Origin: Burkholderiales bacterium
Lineage (GTDB): Bacteria > Pseudomonadota > Gammaproteobacteria > Burkholderiales > Casimicrobiaceae
Direction: 5' to 3'
Assembly (NCBI GenBank): GCA_025981645.1
Contig: JAICXH010000001.1
Span: 14,747-78,746 of the forward strand
Length of the DNA stretch: 64,000 bases
In this document: piece after piece, positions 1-8,580 of the stretch
How positions within the stretch are numbered: the stretch's first letter is position 1
Layout: each line of letters opens with the position of its first letter
Notes under the pieces: model-generated
Told to the model about the DNA's origin: nothing
What the model saw: only the letters and a program-made list of their open reading frames with translations
The model's database searches: none
Position numbers and translations under genes: made by a program

Positions 1-469
1 CCGCGTAGAGCGGGGCCTGCTCGCCGATGCGCACGCGCACGGCAGCCAGCATCGCGCCGACCTCCTCGTGGTCGCCGGAGTGATAGGCCCGCGGCGTGCG
101 GTTCGGCTCGCCGCTGCAGCCGCGGAAGTGCGGCACCACCGCGCGCCAGCCGATCGCAGCGAGCGCACCGAAAAGCGCGCGCGCATAGTGAGAGCCCGAG
201 CCACCCTCGAGCCCGTGAAACAGCACGAGCGTTGGCGTGCTGTTGGCGCGCGGGCCGTGGGTCGAATCGCCGTTGCGGGCAGCGCTCGGATCGAGCCAGT
301 CGAAATCCCAGAAGTCGCCATCGGGGAGGTCGACGCGCTCGCGGCGCAGCGGCATTCGCGGGCGCCGCAGCCGGTATGGCCAGACGGTCTGGGCGTGGCC
401 GCCTGGCAACCAGCGCGGAGAACGATAGCCGTCAGCCCGCGGCGGTTGCGCGGCGCGCGAGCTCGGCAC
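1..469 (-). CDS. YheT-family alpha/beta hydrolase (3' end runs off the window)
   Basis: Not in the ORF track. Manual translation of the minus strand gives YRSPRWLPGGHAQTVWP...RERVDLPDGDFWDFDW...VLFHGLEGGSGSHYA...HFRGCSGEPN..PRAYHSGD, typical YheT motifs. The GTG start at 469 is tentative and overlaps the end of the DAHP synthase gene. Confidence 0.85.
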   Translation of the reverse strand, partial: MPSSRAAQPPRADGYRSPRWLPGGHAQTVWPYRLRRPRMPLRRERVDLPDGDFWDFDWLDPSAARNGDSTHGPRANSTPTLVLFHGLEGGSGSHYARALFGALAAIGWRAVVPHFRGCSGEPNRTPRAYHSGDHEEVGAMLAAVRVRIGEQAPLYA

Positions 470-1556
470 GTCGGAGATAGGCGTCGCGGGCGATCGCGAC
501 GTCGTCGAGGAAGTGCGACAGCTCGGAGAGCAGCAGCGCCTGAGGGCCGTCGACCAGCGCTTTCGCCGGGTCGGGATGGAAGTCGACCAGGATCATGTTG
601 GCGCCTGCGACCACGCCCTGCGCGACAACGTGGAAGACGTCGAGGAGCCCGTCGGGCGCGCGCGCGCGCGAACCGACCGAGTGCGAAGGGTCGATGCCGA
701 CCGGCATGCGCGTTAGCCGCTTCACCACCGGCACGTGCGAGAAGTCGACGAAATTGCGGTGCGGGTCGCCCATGTTCGTCTTCATCCCACGCAGGCAGAA
801 CACGATCTTGCGATTGCCCTCGGTGGCGAGATACTCGGCCGCATTCAGCGACTCGTCGAGGGTGATTCCGAACCCGCGCTTGATCAATACCGGAAATTCC
901 TGCTGCTTGCCGACGAGCTTCAGCAACTCGAAGTTCTGCGTGTTGCGCGTTCCGATCTGCAGCATCACTCCGGTCGGATTGCCGGTTCGCGCAAGCGCCT
1001 CGCGGATCTCGTCGATATGGGATTCGTGGGTGATCTCCATCGCGATCACGCGGATGCCGTGGCGGCCTGCGAGTTCGAACACATAGGGCAGGCACTTCGC
1101 GCCGAAGCCCTGAAACGCATAGGGCGACGTGCGCGGCTTGTAGGCCCCCATCCGCGTGCACACCTGGCCGTTCGCGGCAAGCGCCTTCATCATCGCGCCG
1201 ACCGACTCAGGTGAATCGACTGCGCAGAGCCCCGCGAACACGTTGAGACTGTCCTGACCGAACCGGACGCCGTTGTACTCGAATGACGACGGACGGTCAT
1301 CGCCCTGCTGGTGACGGCCGAGCACGCGATACGCTTCCGACACGCGGACGACCTTGGCGACGCAGGGCAGTACCTGCATCTGCTCGGTCGACAGCGCACC
1401 GGTATTTCCGATCAGATAGATCTCGGTCAGCGTCACTTCCTTGCCGACCTCGCGGTGCACGCGGTAGTCGATATTGGGAAGCCGCTCGAGTTCGCCGGTG
1501 AGCATCCGGTATTCCGGACTCTCGGGGTGAGTGTTCGGTTCGAGTACCAGGATCAT
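432..1556 (-). CDS. aroF: 3-deoxy-7-phosphoheptulonate (DAHP) synthase, type I-beta with N-terminal regulatory domain
   Basis: Motifs AGLCAVDS, GAYKPRTSPYAFQG, QIGTRNTQNF, DPSHS. Start taken at MILVLEP (1556). Confidence 0.9.
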   Translation of the reverse strand: MILVLEPNTHPESPEYRMLTGELERLPNIDYRVHREVGKEVTLTEIYLIGNTGALSTEQMQVLPCVAKVVRVSEAYRVLGRHQQGDDRPSSFEYNGVRFGQDSLNVFAGLCAVDSPESVGAMMKALAANGQVCTRMGAYKPRTSPYAFQGFGAKCLPYVFELAGRHGIRVIAMEITHESHIDEIREALARTGNPTGVMLQIGTRNTQNFELLKLVGKQQEFPVLIKRGFGITLDESLNAAEYLATEGNRKIVFCLRGMKTNMGDPHRNFVDFSHVPVVKRLTRMPVGIDPSHSVGSRARAPDGLLDVFHVVAQGVVAGANMILVDFHPDPAKALVDGPQALLLSELSHFLDDVAIARDAYLRRAELARRATAAG

Positions 1557-1824
1557 TTGACGTAAGTTATACCTGTAATTCAAGACGTTGGATTATCTAT
1601 TTCATCTCGCTCGTAAGGTTGATCCTGCGCTGCCCTCGACCATGCTGCGCTGCAAGATACCACCTGCGCAACAGCCGCGCGTGCGCTGTCAGCGCATTCG
1701 TTGCCCCATCCGTTGAGCTTGCCGTAGACTGAACTTAGCGTCTACCCGGGGCCGCGTTCATGGCCACCTGCCGAGTGCTCAATCGTCCAACCGAGACAAT
1801 CGTTTACCCGAGAAAGGTCCGTTC

Positions 1825-2115
1825 ATGAAGAAACTCCTCGTACTCGCAACGCTTGGCGCCTTCGCCTTCGTGGCCTCGCCCGCGTTCGCCGCCAACGCGC
1901 AAACGAACAAGATGAAGGAATGCCAGGCTCAGGCGGGCGACAAGAAGCTCGAAGGGAAGGACCGGCAGAGCTTCGTCAACGAGTGCCTGAAGGCCAAGCC
2001 GATGAAGGCGGAAGTGAAGCCGAAGAGCAAGCTTGCGGAGTGCAACGCGAAGACCAAGGGCATGAGCAAGGAAGACGCGGACAAGACGCGCAGCGAATGC
2101 ATGAAGGCGAAGTGA
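1825..2115 (+). CDS. psiF: PsiF-family small periplasmic protein
   Basis: Signal peptide followed by two K(M/L)xEC...ECL/MK repeats. SD GAAAGG upstream. Confidence 0.8.
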   Translation: MKKLLVLATLGAFAFVASPAFAANAQTNKMKECQAQAGDKKLEGKDRQSFVNECLKAKPMKAEVKPKSKLAECNAKTKGMSKEDADKTRSECMKAK

Positions 2116-2476
2116 GCGGGAGCGCTTAGCGCGTTCACTCGCCGTTGCCGGACACGATCGGGCGATCTCCTGTCCGCCCGGTCGCCACTACAAGGCCGCA
2201 TGGGGGCGACTCCATCGCGGCCTTGTTCTTGATGCGCATGGTCGCGGTCGGCGGCGGCTCGCCGCAACGCGGCGCCGGCCGATCGCTCGATCGGCGACAT
2301 GTGACCTGGACTACAATGGCAGGCTGAATTGGCGAACGATTCAGCCAGGGCACACACCGGCAGGTAGCGCAACTCAAGACCACGCTTCGATACCCCCGGT
2401 CACTCCGATCGCCGATGGAATACCGACGCCCGACAAGGCAACGCGCTGCGCGTACGCAGCCTGCCGCAATCACACC

Positions 2477-3415
2477 GTGATCGAATTCGACCGGTCCCAC
2501 TGGGCGCTCATCCTTGGGGGCTCCAGCGGCTTCGGCCTCGCGACGGCGCTGAAGCTCGCACGGCACGGCATGAACGTGATGGTCGTGCATCGCGATCGCC
2601 GCGGCGCGATGGCGCGCATCGAGCCGAGTTTCGACCGGATTCGTGCCACCGGAGCCGGCTTCCGCGCGCTGAACCTCGACGCGCTGTCCCCCGAGGGACG
2701 CAGCGAGACGCTGGACGGACTCGCCGGCGCGATGGGCGATCGCGGCAGGGTCCGCCTGCTGCTGCATTCGATCGCGTTCGGGAATCTGAAGCCGATCGCG
2801 CCGGACGAGCCCGATCGGCGCGCGGCCGAGGCGGTGTCGCAACTCGCCGCAGAACTCGGCGTCCCCGCCGAATCGGTGAGCGCCGCCGTCGCCCGTCTGA
2901 TCGAGCGCGGAGTCGGTGCGGTGCACGCGCTGCAGGCGACGAGCTACGGCGACACGCTGCTCGACGAGGAGGACATGGCGCGCACCATCCATGCGATGGG
3001 CACGAGCCTCCTCGCGTGGGTGCAGGATCTGCACCGGTTGCGACTGTTCGCCGGCGACGCGCGCGTTCTCGGACTGACGAGCGAAGGCAACACCACCGCG
3101 TGGAAGGGATACGCCGCGGTGGCGGCCGCCAAGGCCGCCCTCGAATCGGTGTCGCGTGCGATCGCCGTCGAATACGCACCGTACGGCATTCGCTCGAACA
3201 TCATCCAGGCAGGCGTCACGTCGACGCCTGCGTTGAAGCTCATCCCCGGAAGTGCGGCAATGCAGGCGGTGGCGCAACGGCGCAATCCGTTCAGGCGCAC
3301 CACGACGCCGGAGGCGGTCGCCGACTTCATCGCGCTGATGTGCCTCGACGAGGCCGCGTGGGTCAACGGCGCGCTGATCCGCGTCGACGGCGGCGAGCAC
3401 ATCGCCCCGCTTTGA
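2477..3415 (+). CDS. SDR enoyl-ACP reductase (FabL/FabI-like) with an internal insertion
   Basis: GGSSGFG nucleotide-binding motif. Y-x6-K catalytic spacing (YAAVAAAK) as in enoyl reductases. NPFRRTTTPE and IRVDGGE at the C-terminus. Confidence 0.8.
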   Translation: MIEFDRSHWALILGGSSGFGLATALKLARHGMNVMVVHRDRRGAMARIEPSFDRIRATGAGFRALNLDALSPEGRSETLDGLAGAMGDRGRVRLLLHSIAFGNLKPIAPDEPDRRAAEAVSQLAAELGVPAESVSAAVARLIERGVGAVHALQATSYGDTLLDEEDMARTIHAMGTSLLAWVQDLHRLRLFAGDARVLGLTSEGNTTAWKGYAAVAAAKAALESVSRAIAVEYAPYGIRSNIIQAGVTSTPALKLIPGSAAMQAVAQRRNPFRRTTTPEAVADFIALMCLDEAAWVNGALIRVDGGEHIAPL

Positions 3416-3431
3416 AGCGCGAGTATCCGCG

Positions 3432-4421
3432 ATGATCTACGTCCACGGCCTCGGCCATTTCCACCCGCCCAACGAGATCGACAATGCGTTTCTTCGCGAT
3501 CTCGACATCGGTACCGATGCGCAGTGGATCATGGAGCGCGTGGGCATCGAGTCGCGGCGCACGGTGCTGTCGCTCGACTACATCCGGACCACGCGCAACG
3601 CCGATCCGCGCCGGGCGAGCGAGGCATCGCTCTACACCAACGCCGAAACGGGTGCGCTGGCCGCGACCCAGGCGATCGCCGCAGCCGGCATCCAGGCCGC
3701 GGACATCGACATGGTGATCTCGGGCAGCTGCACACCGCAGTCGAGCTGTCCCGCCGAAGCGTGCACGATCGCCGCCGCGCTGGGCATCGAGGCGCCGGCG
3801 TTCGACGTCAATTCGGCATGCTCGACGCTCGCCGCCCAGTTCCACGTGCTCGCCGGGATGCGTCCGGAGCGCCTGCCCGATTACGTGCTGCTGCTGCAAG
3901 TCGAGAACAGCACCCGCTCGATCGACTACAACGACCGGAACAGCTGCGTGTTGTGGGGGGATGGCTCGACGGCGCAGGTCGTCTCGGCGCGGCTGCCGGC
4001 GAGATTGAGGCTCATCGGCAGCCGCTTCGGCTCCGACCCTAAAGGCTGCGACAGGGTGCGCTTCGTGCAGGCGGGTCACTTCGCGCAGGACGGCCGTGCC
4101 GTGCAGACCTTCGCGATCAAGCGCTCGCTCGCGGTGCTCGCGCAGCTTCGTGAGGAGGTCGGTCCCGAACGCGCGGCGCGGATGAAGTTCATCGGCCACC
4201 AGGCCAACCGCGGCATGCTCGACCATATCAGCCGCAGTGCGGGCATCGCGCCCGATGACCACTGGTTCAACGTCGGTCGCTTCGGCAACTGCGGCGCTGC
4301 GGGAGCGCCGAGCGTGCTGTCGCAGAACGAGCGCCGGCTGCACGCGGGCGATCTCGTGTCGCTCGTCGTCGTTGGCGGGGGCTTGAGCTGGGGCGGACTG
4401 CTGTTCGAGGTCGGTGAATGA
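3432..4421 (+). CDS. fabH: 3-oxoacyl-ACP synthase III (FabH-like)
   Basis: Cys-His-Asn triad: NSACS, GHQAN, FGNCGAA. Also LWGDG and GGGLSWG. Confidence 0.88.
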   Translation: MIYVHGLGHFHPPNEIDNAFLRDLDIGTDAQWIMERVGIESRRTVLSLDYIRTTRNADPRRASEASLYTNAETGALAATQAIAAAGIQAADIDMVISGSCTPQSSCPAEACTIAAALGIEAPAFDVNSACSTLAAQFHVLAGMRPERLPDYVLLLQVENSTRSIDYNDRNSCVLWGDGSTAQVVSARLPARLRLIGSRFGSDPKGCDRVRFVQAGHFAQDGRAVQTFAIKRSLAVLAQLREEVGPERAARMKFIGHQANRGMLDHISRSAGIAPDDHWFNVGRFGNCGAAGAPSVLSQNERRLHAGDLVSLVVVGGGLSWGGLLFEVGE

Positions 4422-5035
4422 GTCCGGTCGCGGGCCGTCACGCCGGGGGGCTGATGACCTACGCCCAGTTCATGCAGGCCGCGAGCTTCGACAAGCAGCA
4501 ACTGCTGGCCTGGGGCAGGCAGACGCTCGTCGCCGATGCGCCGGGCGCGATCCCGTCGTTGCCGCTGCCGCCGATGCTGATGTTCGACCGCATCGTCGCC
4601 ATCGAGCACGCCGGGCGCCGCGGCCTCATCGTGGCCGAGCAGGACATCCACCTCGATGCCTGGTATTTCCTCTGTCACTTCGGCAACGACCCGGTGCAAC
4701 CGGGTTGCCTCGGTGTCGACGCGATCTGGCAGCTGCTTGGCATGTATTGCGCGCTGCGTGGCGGTCTCGGTGCGGGCCGTGCGCTCGGTTGCAAGGAAGT
4801 CGACTTCTTCGGCCAGATTCGGCCCCACGACGGCGTCGCGACCTACCGCGTCGAGGTGCGCCGGTACTCGCAGTTGCAGGGTGCCGCAGTAGTCATCGGT
4901 GACGGCTCGGTCAGCATCGACGGCGAGGCGATCTACAGCGTGCGCGAAGCGAAGGTGGGCATCTACCCGGGTATCCAGTACATGGACTATCCGGCGCGGT
5001 CGGCCAACAGCAAAGGGGGGGTGCTCAACAAATGA
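4418..5035 (+). CDS. fabA: 3-hydroxyacyl-ACP dehydratase/isomerase FabA
   Basis: LPLPPMLMFDRI and WYFLCHFGNDPVQPGCLGVDAIWQLLG (His/Asp dyad), GRALG. ATGA overlap with the upstream gene. Confidence 0.9.
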   Translation: MSPVAGRHAGGLMTYAQFMQAASFDKQQLLAWGRQTLVADAPGAIPSLPLPPMLMFDRIVAIEHAGRRGLIVAEQDIHLDAWYFLCHFGNDPVQPGCLGVDAIWQLLGMYCALRGGLGAGRALGCKEVDFFGQIRPHDGVATYRVEVRRYSQLQGAAVVIGDGSVSIDGEAIYSVREAKVGIYPGIQYMDYPARSANSKGGVLNK

Positions 5036-5484
5036 CCGCCGACGAGGTGCTGCATGCGGTCCCGCAGCAGGAGCCGTTCCGCTTCATCGATCGGATCGAC
5101 GAGATCGACGGCGAGCATATCGTCGGCAGCTATGCGTTCAAGCGGGACGAATTCTTCTATCGGGGCCATTTTCCCGGCGATCCGGTGACACCCGGGGCGA
5201 TCCTCATCGAGGCGATGGCGCAGACGGGCGTTGTCGCGCTGGGCATCTACCTCGCCGCACAGGAGCTTCCGGTCGCCGAATTGCCGCAGTGGATCACCTT
5301 CTTCACCGAGTGCCAGGTGGAATTCCATCTTCCCGTCCTCCCCGGCGAGCGCGTCACGCTGCGCGGCGAGAAAGTATTCTTTCGCCGCATGAAGCTGAAG
5401 AGCCGGGTCGAGCTGCTCCTCGCCGATGGCCGCATCGGGGCCGAGGGCACGCTGGCCGGCGTGGGAGTGAAGCGTGGCAGGTGA
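5032..5484 (+). CDS. fabZ: 3-hydroxyacyl-ACP dehydratase, FabZ family
   Basis: PFRFIDRI and GHFPGDPVTPGAILIEAMAQ (His/Glu dyad). ATGA overlap. Confidence 0.88.
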   Translation: MTADEVLHAVPQQEPFRFIDRIDEIDGEHIVGSYAFKRDEFFYRGHFPGDPVTPGAILIEAMAQTGVVALGIYLAAQELPVAELPQWITFFTECQVEFHLPVLPGERVTLRGEKVFFRRMKLKSRVELLLADGRIGAEGTLAGVGVKRGR

Positions 5485-6760
5485 CGCCATCAGCCATCGC
5501 GTCGTGGTGACCGGCCTCGGCGTCCTCGCGCCGAACGGCCACGGTCTCGAAGCCTACGAAGCCGCGCTTCGCGGCGGAGTCTCGGGCATCCGCTTCATCG
5601 AGAAGCTCGCCGAGCGGAATTTCGCGTGCCAGGTCGGCGGCGTGCCGCAGGGCGTGGACGAGCTCGCGCACGCCTACCTCGCTCCCGACGATCTCCTGGC
5701 GATGAACGACGCGATGATCTATGCGGCGATCGCGGGCATCGATTGCTGGCGCGATGCTGGCTTGCGCGAGATCGCCCCGGATGCTCCGGTCGACTGGGAT
5801 ACCGGCGCCATCGTCGGCACGGGCATCGGCGGCATGCAGACCATCGGCGAGCGTCTGATCCCGATGGTCGACAAGGGCCGCGTCCGCCGGCTCGGCTCGA
5901 CGATGGTCGAGCAGGTCATGTGCAGCGCCGTCTCGGCCAAGGTCGGCGGTCTGTTGGCGCTTGGCGGGCAGACCACCACGAACAGCTCGGCATGCACGAC
6001 GGGAACCGAAGCCGTGATCGACGCCTTCCACAGGATCAGGACCGGGCGGATCGCGCGGATGATCGCCGGTGGCGTCGAAGGCGCTTCGCACTACACCTGG
6101 TCGGGGTTCGACGCGATGAAGGTGCTGGCGAGCCAGAGCAACGACGCTCCCGAGCGCGCATCGCGTCCGATGAGCGCCAGTGCGAGCGGTTTCGTTCCCG
6201 GCTCCGGGGCCGGCTTGCTGATGCTGGAGAGCCTCGCCAGCGCCGAGGGGCGCGGCGCGCGCATCTACGCCGAAGTGATCGGCGGACACGTCAACAGCGG
6301 CGGCCAGCGCGAGGGCGGCTCGATGACCGCGCCCAATCCCGCCGGCGTGGTACGCTGCGTGCGCGCCGCGCTGGCGGAGGCCGGCATCGAGTCCGGCGAG
6401 GTCGATGCGATCAACGGCCATCTGACCGCGACCTTTGCCGATCCGCACGAGCTCGAGAACTGGCGGCATGCGCTGGACGTCGACGCCCGCCGATTGCCGC
6501 CGATCAATGCTACCAAGAGCATGATCGGGCATGCTCTCGGCGCTGCCGGTGGTCTGGAATGCGTTGCAACGGTTCTGCAACTGCACCACGAATTCCTGCA
6601 CGGCTCGATCAATTGCGAGGACCTGCATCCGAAGATCGAACCGTTCCGCGCATCAGTCGTGCAGCGGACACGCGCCTTCACCGGGCGGACCATCGTGAAG
6701 AGCAGCTTCGGCTTCGGCGACGTCAACGGTTGCATCGTCTTCCGCAAGTGGCCAAGCTGA
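5474..6760 (+). CDS. fabF: beta-ketoacyl-ACP synthase (FabF-like)
   Basis: RVVVTGLG, SACTTG (Cys), INGHLTAT (His), TKSMIGHALGAAG (His), SFGFGDVN. Confidence 0.9.
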   Translation: MAGDAISHRVVVTGLGVLAPNGHGLEAYEAALRGGVSGIRFIEKLAERNFACQVGGVPQGVDELAHAYLAPDDLLAMNDAMIYAAIAGIDCWRDAGLREIAPDAPVDWDTGAIVGTGIGGMQTIGERLIPMVDKGRVRRLGSTMVEQVMCSAVSAKVGGLLALGGQTTTNSSACTTGTEAVIDAFHRIRTGRIARMIAGGVEGASHYTWSGFDAMKVLASQSNDAPERASRPMSASASGFVPGSGAGLLMLESLASAEGRGARIYAEVIGGHVNSGGQREGGSMTAPNPAGVVRCVRAALAEAGIESGEVDAINGHLTATFADPHELENWRHALDVDARRLPPINATKSMIGHALGAAGGLECVATVLQLHHEFLHGSINCEDLHPKIEPFRASVVQRTRAFTGRTIVKSSFGFGDVNGCIVFRKWPS

Positions 6761-6795
6761 TTCATTCAACCCCGTTCAACCTGCCAGGAAGTCCC

Positions 6796-7044
6796 ATGAC
6801 CGAAGCCGAGATCACCGAGAAAGTCATCGCGCTCGTCACGCCCTACGTCAAGAATCGGAAGGCGCTGTCCAATATCACGCCCGACACGACCTTCCTCGCC
6901 GATCTCGGCATCAACTCCGCGCGCCTCGTCGACATCGTGCTCGCGTTCGAGGACGAGTTCGGGATCGAGGTCAGCGACGACGCAGCCGACTCGATCGCCA
7001 CTGTCGGCGACGCCGTCGCCCTGATCGGCAAGCTCGTTCCCTAG
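6796..7044 (+). CDS. acyl carrier protein
   Basis: 82-aa acidic protein with DLGINSARLVDIVLAFEDEFGIEV (attachment Ser). SD AGGA upstream. It is the C-terminal part of track ORF 5626..7044. Confidence 0.9.
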   Translation: MTEAEITEKVIALVTPYVKNRKALSNITPDTTFLADLGINSARLVDIVLAFEDEFGIEVSDDAADSIATVGDAVALIGKLVP

Positions 7045-7048
7045 ACGG

Positions 7049-7834
7049 ATGACGCATGCGCGGTTGCGGCTGCGCAGCCGCCTCGCGTTGCGCGTGCAGC
7101 GATTGCTGAGCCATCTGGGCCTCGTCGTGACCGGCCCGGTGCTGCTCGCGCTCTTTCACTTCCGATTCCGCTTCTCGGCGCACGACCTGGCGCGCGTCCG
7201 CGCGCGGTACCGCGCGTTGCGCGCGGCATACCCCGGGCCGCTCCTGATATGCAGCAATCACCTGACGTTGGTCGACTCGATCATCCAGGCGATCCTGCTC
7301 GACTCGCTCTGGAGTTACCTGCGGCATCCCGCCGCATTGCCGTGGAACCTGCCGGAGGCGAAGAACTACTACCACAGCTTGAGCTGGCGGCTCACCTGCT
7401 ATCTAGGCCGGTCCATTCCGGTCGAGCGAGGCGCATCGCGCGAGCGCGCCGCGCTCGCCCAGGCGCAAATGCGCCATGTTCTGGGGCAAGGCGACGCCAT
7501 CGCTATTTTCCCGGAGGGCAAGCGCAGCCGCGACGGTCGCGTCGACGATCGCGATTTCTCGTACGGTGTCGGGCAGCTGCTCAATCAGGTTCCCGACGCG
7601 AAGGTGCTCTGCATCTACATGCGCGGAATGCGCTTCGGAGGCTTCGCCGACTTCCCCCGTGCCGGCGAGCGGTTCTATCTGCAACTCGAGATGCTCGCGC
7701 CGCAGTCGGCGAGCCTGGGACTGCGCCGCGCGCGCGATCTGTCGGCGCAGGTGGTCGCGCGGATCAAGGAGATGGAAGGCGAGTACTTCGCGGCGCGCGA
7801 CTCAGGAAGGCTTGCGCTGTCCGACACCGCGTGA
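7049..7834 (+). CDS. PlsC-family (lysophospholipid) acyltransferase
   Basis: NHLTLVD (Hx4D) and IFPEGKRS motifs, with an N-terminal hydrophobic segment. Confidence 0.88.
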   Translation: MTHARLRLRSRLALRVQRLLSHLGLVVTGPVLLALFHFRFRFSAHDLARVRARYRALRAAYPGPLLICSNHLTLVDSIIQAILLDSLWSYLRHPAALPWNLPEAKNYYHSLSWRLTCYLGRSIPVERGASRERAALAQAQMRHVLGQGDAIAIFPEGKRSRDGRVDDRDFSYGVGQLLNQVPDAKVLCIYMRGMRFGGFADFPRAGERFYLQLEMLAPQSASLGLRRARDLSAQVVARIKEMEGEYFAARDSGRLALSDTA

Positions 7835-8511
7835 TGTGCCTGGTCGGCAATGACGTGATCGATCTCGCCGCCGGGCACAACCGCGGCCGGGCGCAGAACC
7901 GGCGTCTTGTCGAACGCACGCTGACTGCCGCCGAGCGCGGCCTTCTCGCTGCGGACGGGGACGACGACCGCAGCTTTGCACGGCTCTGGTCCGCCAAGGA
8001 AGCCGCCTACAAGGCGGTGAGAAAGTGCGTTCCCGCGCTCGTTTTCGCGCCACGGCGCTGGCAGGTCGAGCTCGCCAGGTGCCCGGATCGAGCGGAGGAT
8101 TGCGAAGGCAGCGTAATGATCGCTGCCGATATGCAGGTCGCCGTCCGCTGGAGGCAGACGAACGACTGGATTCATTGCGTCGCGCTGCTGGGCGGCCCGC
8201 CCGAACTTTTCGACGAGGGGGTTGCGACGGCGGCCGAAGTGGGAGCGGACGGAGCGTCCAGCGAACGCGAGCGCGACGGCTTCACGTGCGCGGAATCGGG
8301 CGGTGTGCGCACGCTGGCGAAGCGCCTGTTGCGCCGATACGGTGCAGGCGCCGTCGAGATCGTGCGCGCGCGAATCGGTGCCGCGCATCTGCCTCCCAGG
8401 GTGTACGCCGGCGCGGCGCCCATGACCGGCGTCGACCTCAGCCTCTCCCACGATGGCCGGTTCGTCGCCGCGGCGATCGCGATGGAACGGCGATCGATCG
8501 CGCCGGCCTGA
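7834..8511 (+). CDS. 4'-phosphopantetheinyl transferase
   Basis: [18 protein letters not shown] and LSLSHDG motifs. Start overlaps the PlsC stop. Confidence 0.88.
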   Translation: MCLVGNDVIDLAAGHNRGRAQNRRLVERTLTAAERGLLAADGDDDRSFARLWSAKEAAYKAVRKCVPALVFAPRRWQVELARCPDRAEDCEGSVMIAADMQVAVRWRQTNDWIHCVALLGGPPELFDEGVATAAEVGADGASSERERDGFTCAESGGVRTLAKRLLRRYGAGAVEIVRARIGAAHLPPRVYAGAAPMTGVDLSLSHDGRFVAAAIAMERRSIAPA

Positions 8512-8525
8512 CCGCCCGGCGGCGT

Positions 8526-8580
8526 GCGACGCTACTGCGCGGCGACGCTACTGCGCGGCGACGCTACTGCGCGGCGACGC
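8526..8580. repeat. 16-bp tandem repeat (GCGACGCTACTGCGCG x3 plus 7 nt) spanning the VIT1 stop codon
   Basis: Exact copies at 8526, 8542 and 8558, and a partial copy at 8574. Confidence 0.95.

Noticed and set aside
68-865. Plus-strand 265-aa ORF, and the many other long Arg/Ala-rich ORFs in the track (e.g. 18856..21186, 13319..15376, 47605..49734)
   Set aside because: Antisense or frame shadows of well-supported genes in high-GC DNA, with no recognisable motifs.
1724-1745. GTAGAC-N10-GTCTAC inverted repeat upstream of psiF, considered as an operator or Pho box
   Set aside because: Only 6-bp arms and no convincing Pho-box direct repeats.
2116-2476. Small ORFs or an ncRNA upstream of the FAS operon
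   Set aside because: No motif, convincing RBS or recognisable RNA structure. Treated as a promoter region.
2477-8511. Aryl polyene, ladderane or dialkylresorcinol cluster
   Set aside because: No chain-length factor, adenylation enzyme, radical SAM, methyltransferase or DarA-type aromatase is present in the operon.
8526-8580. Tandem repeat as a CRISPR array
   Set aside because: The units abut with no spacers, are only 16 bp long, and no cas genes are present.
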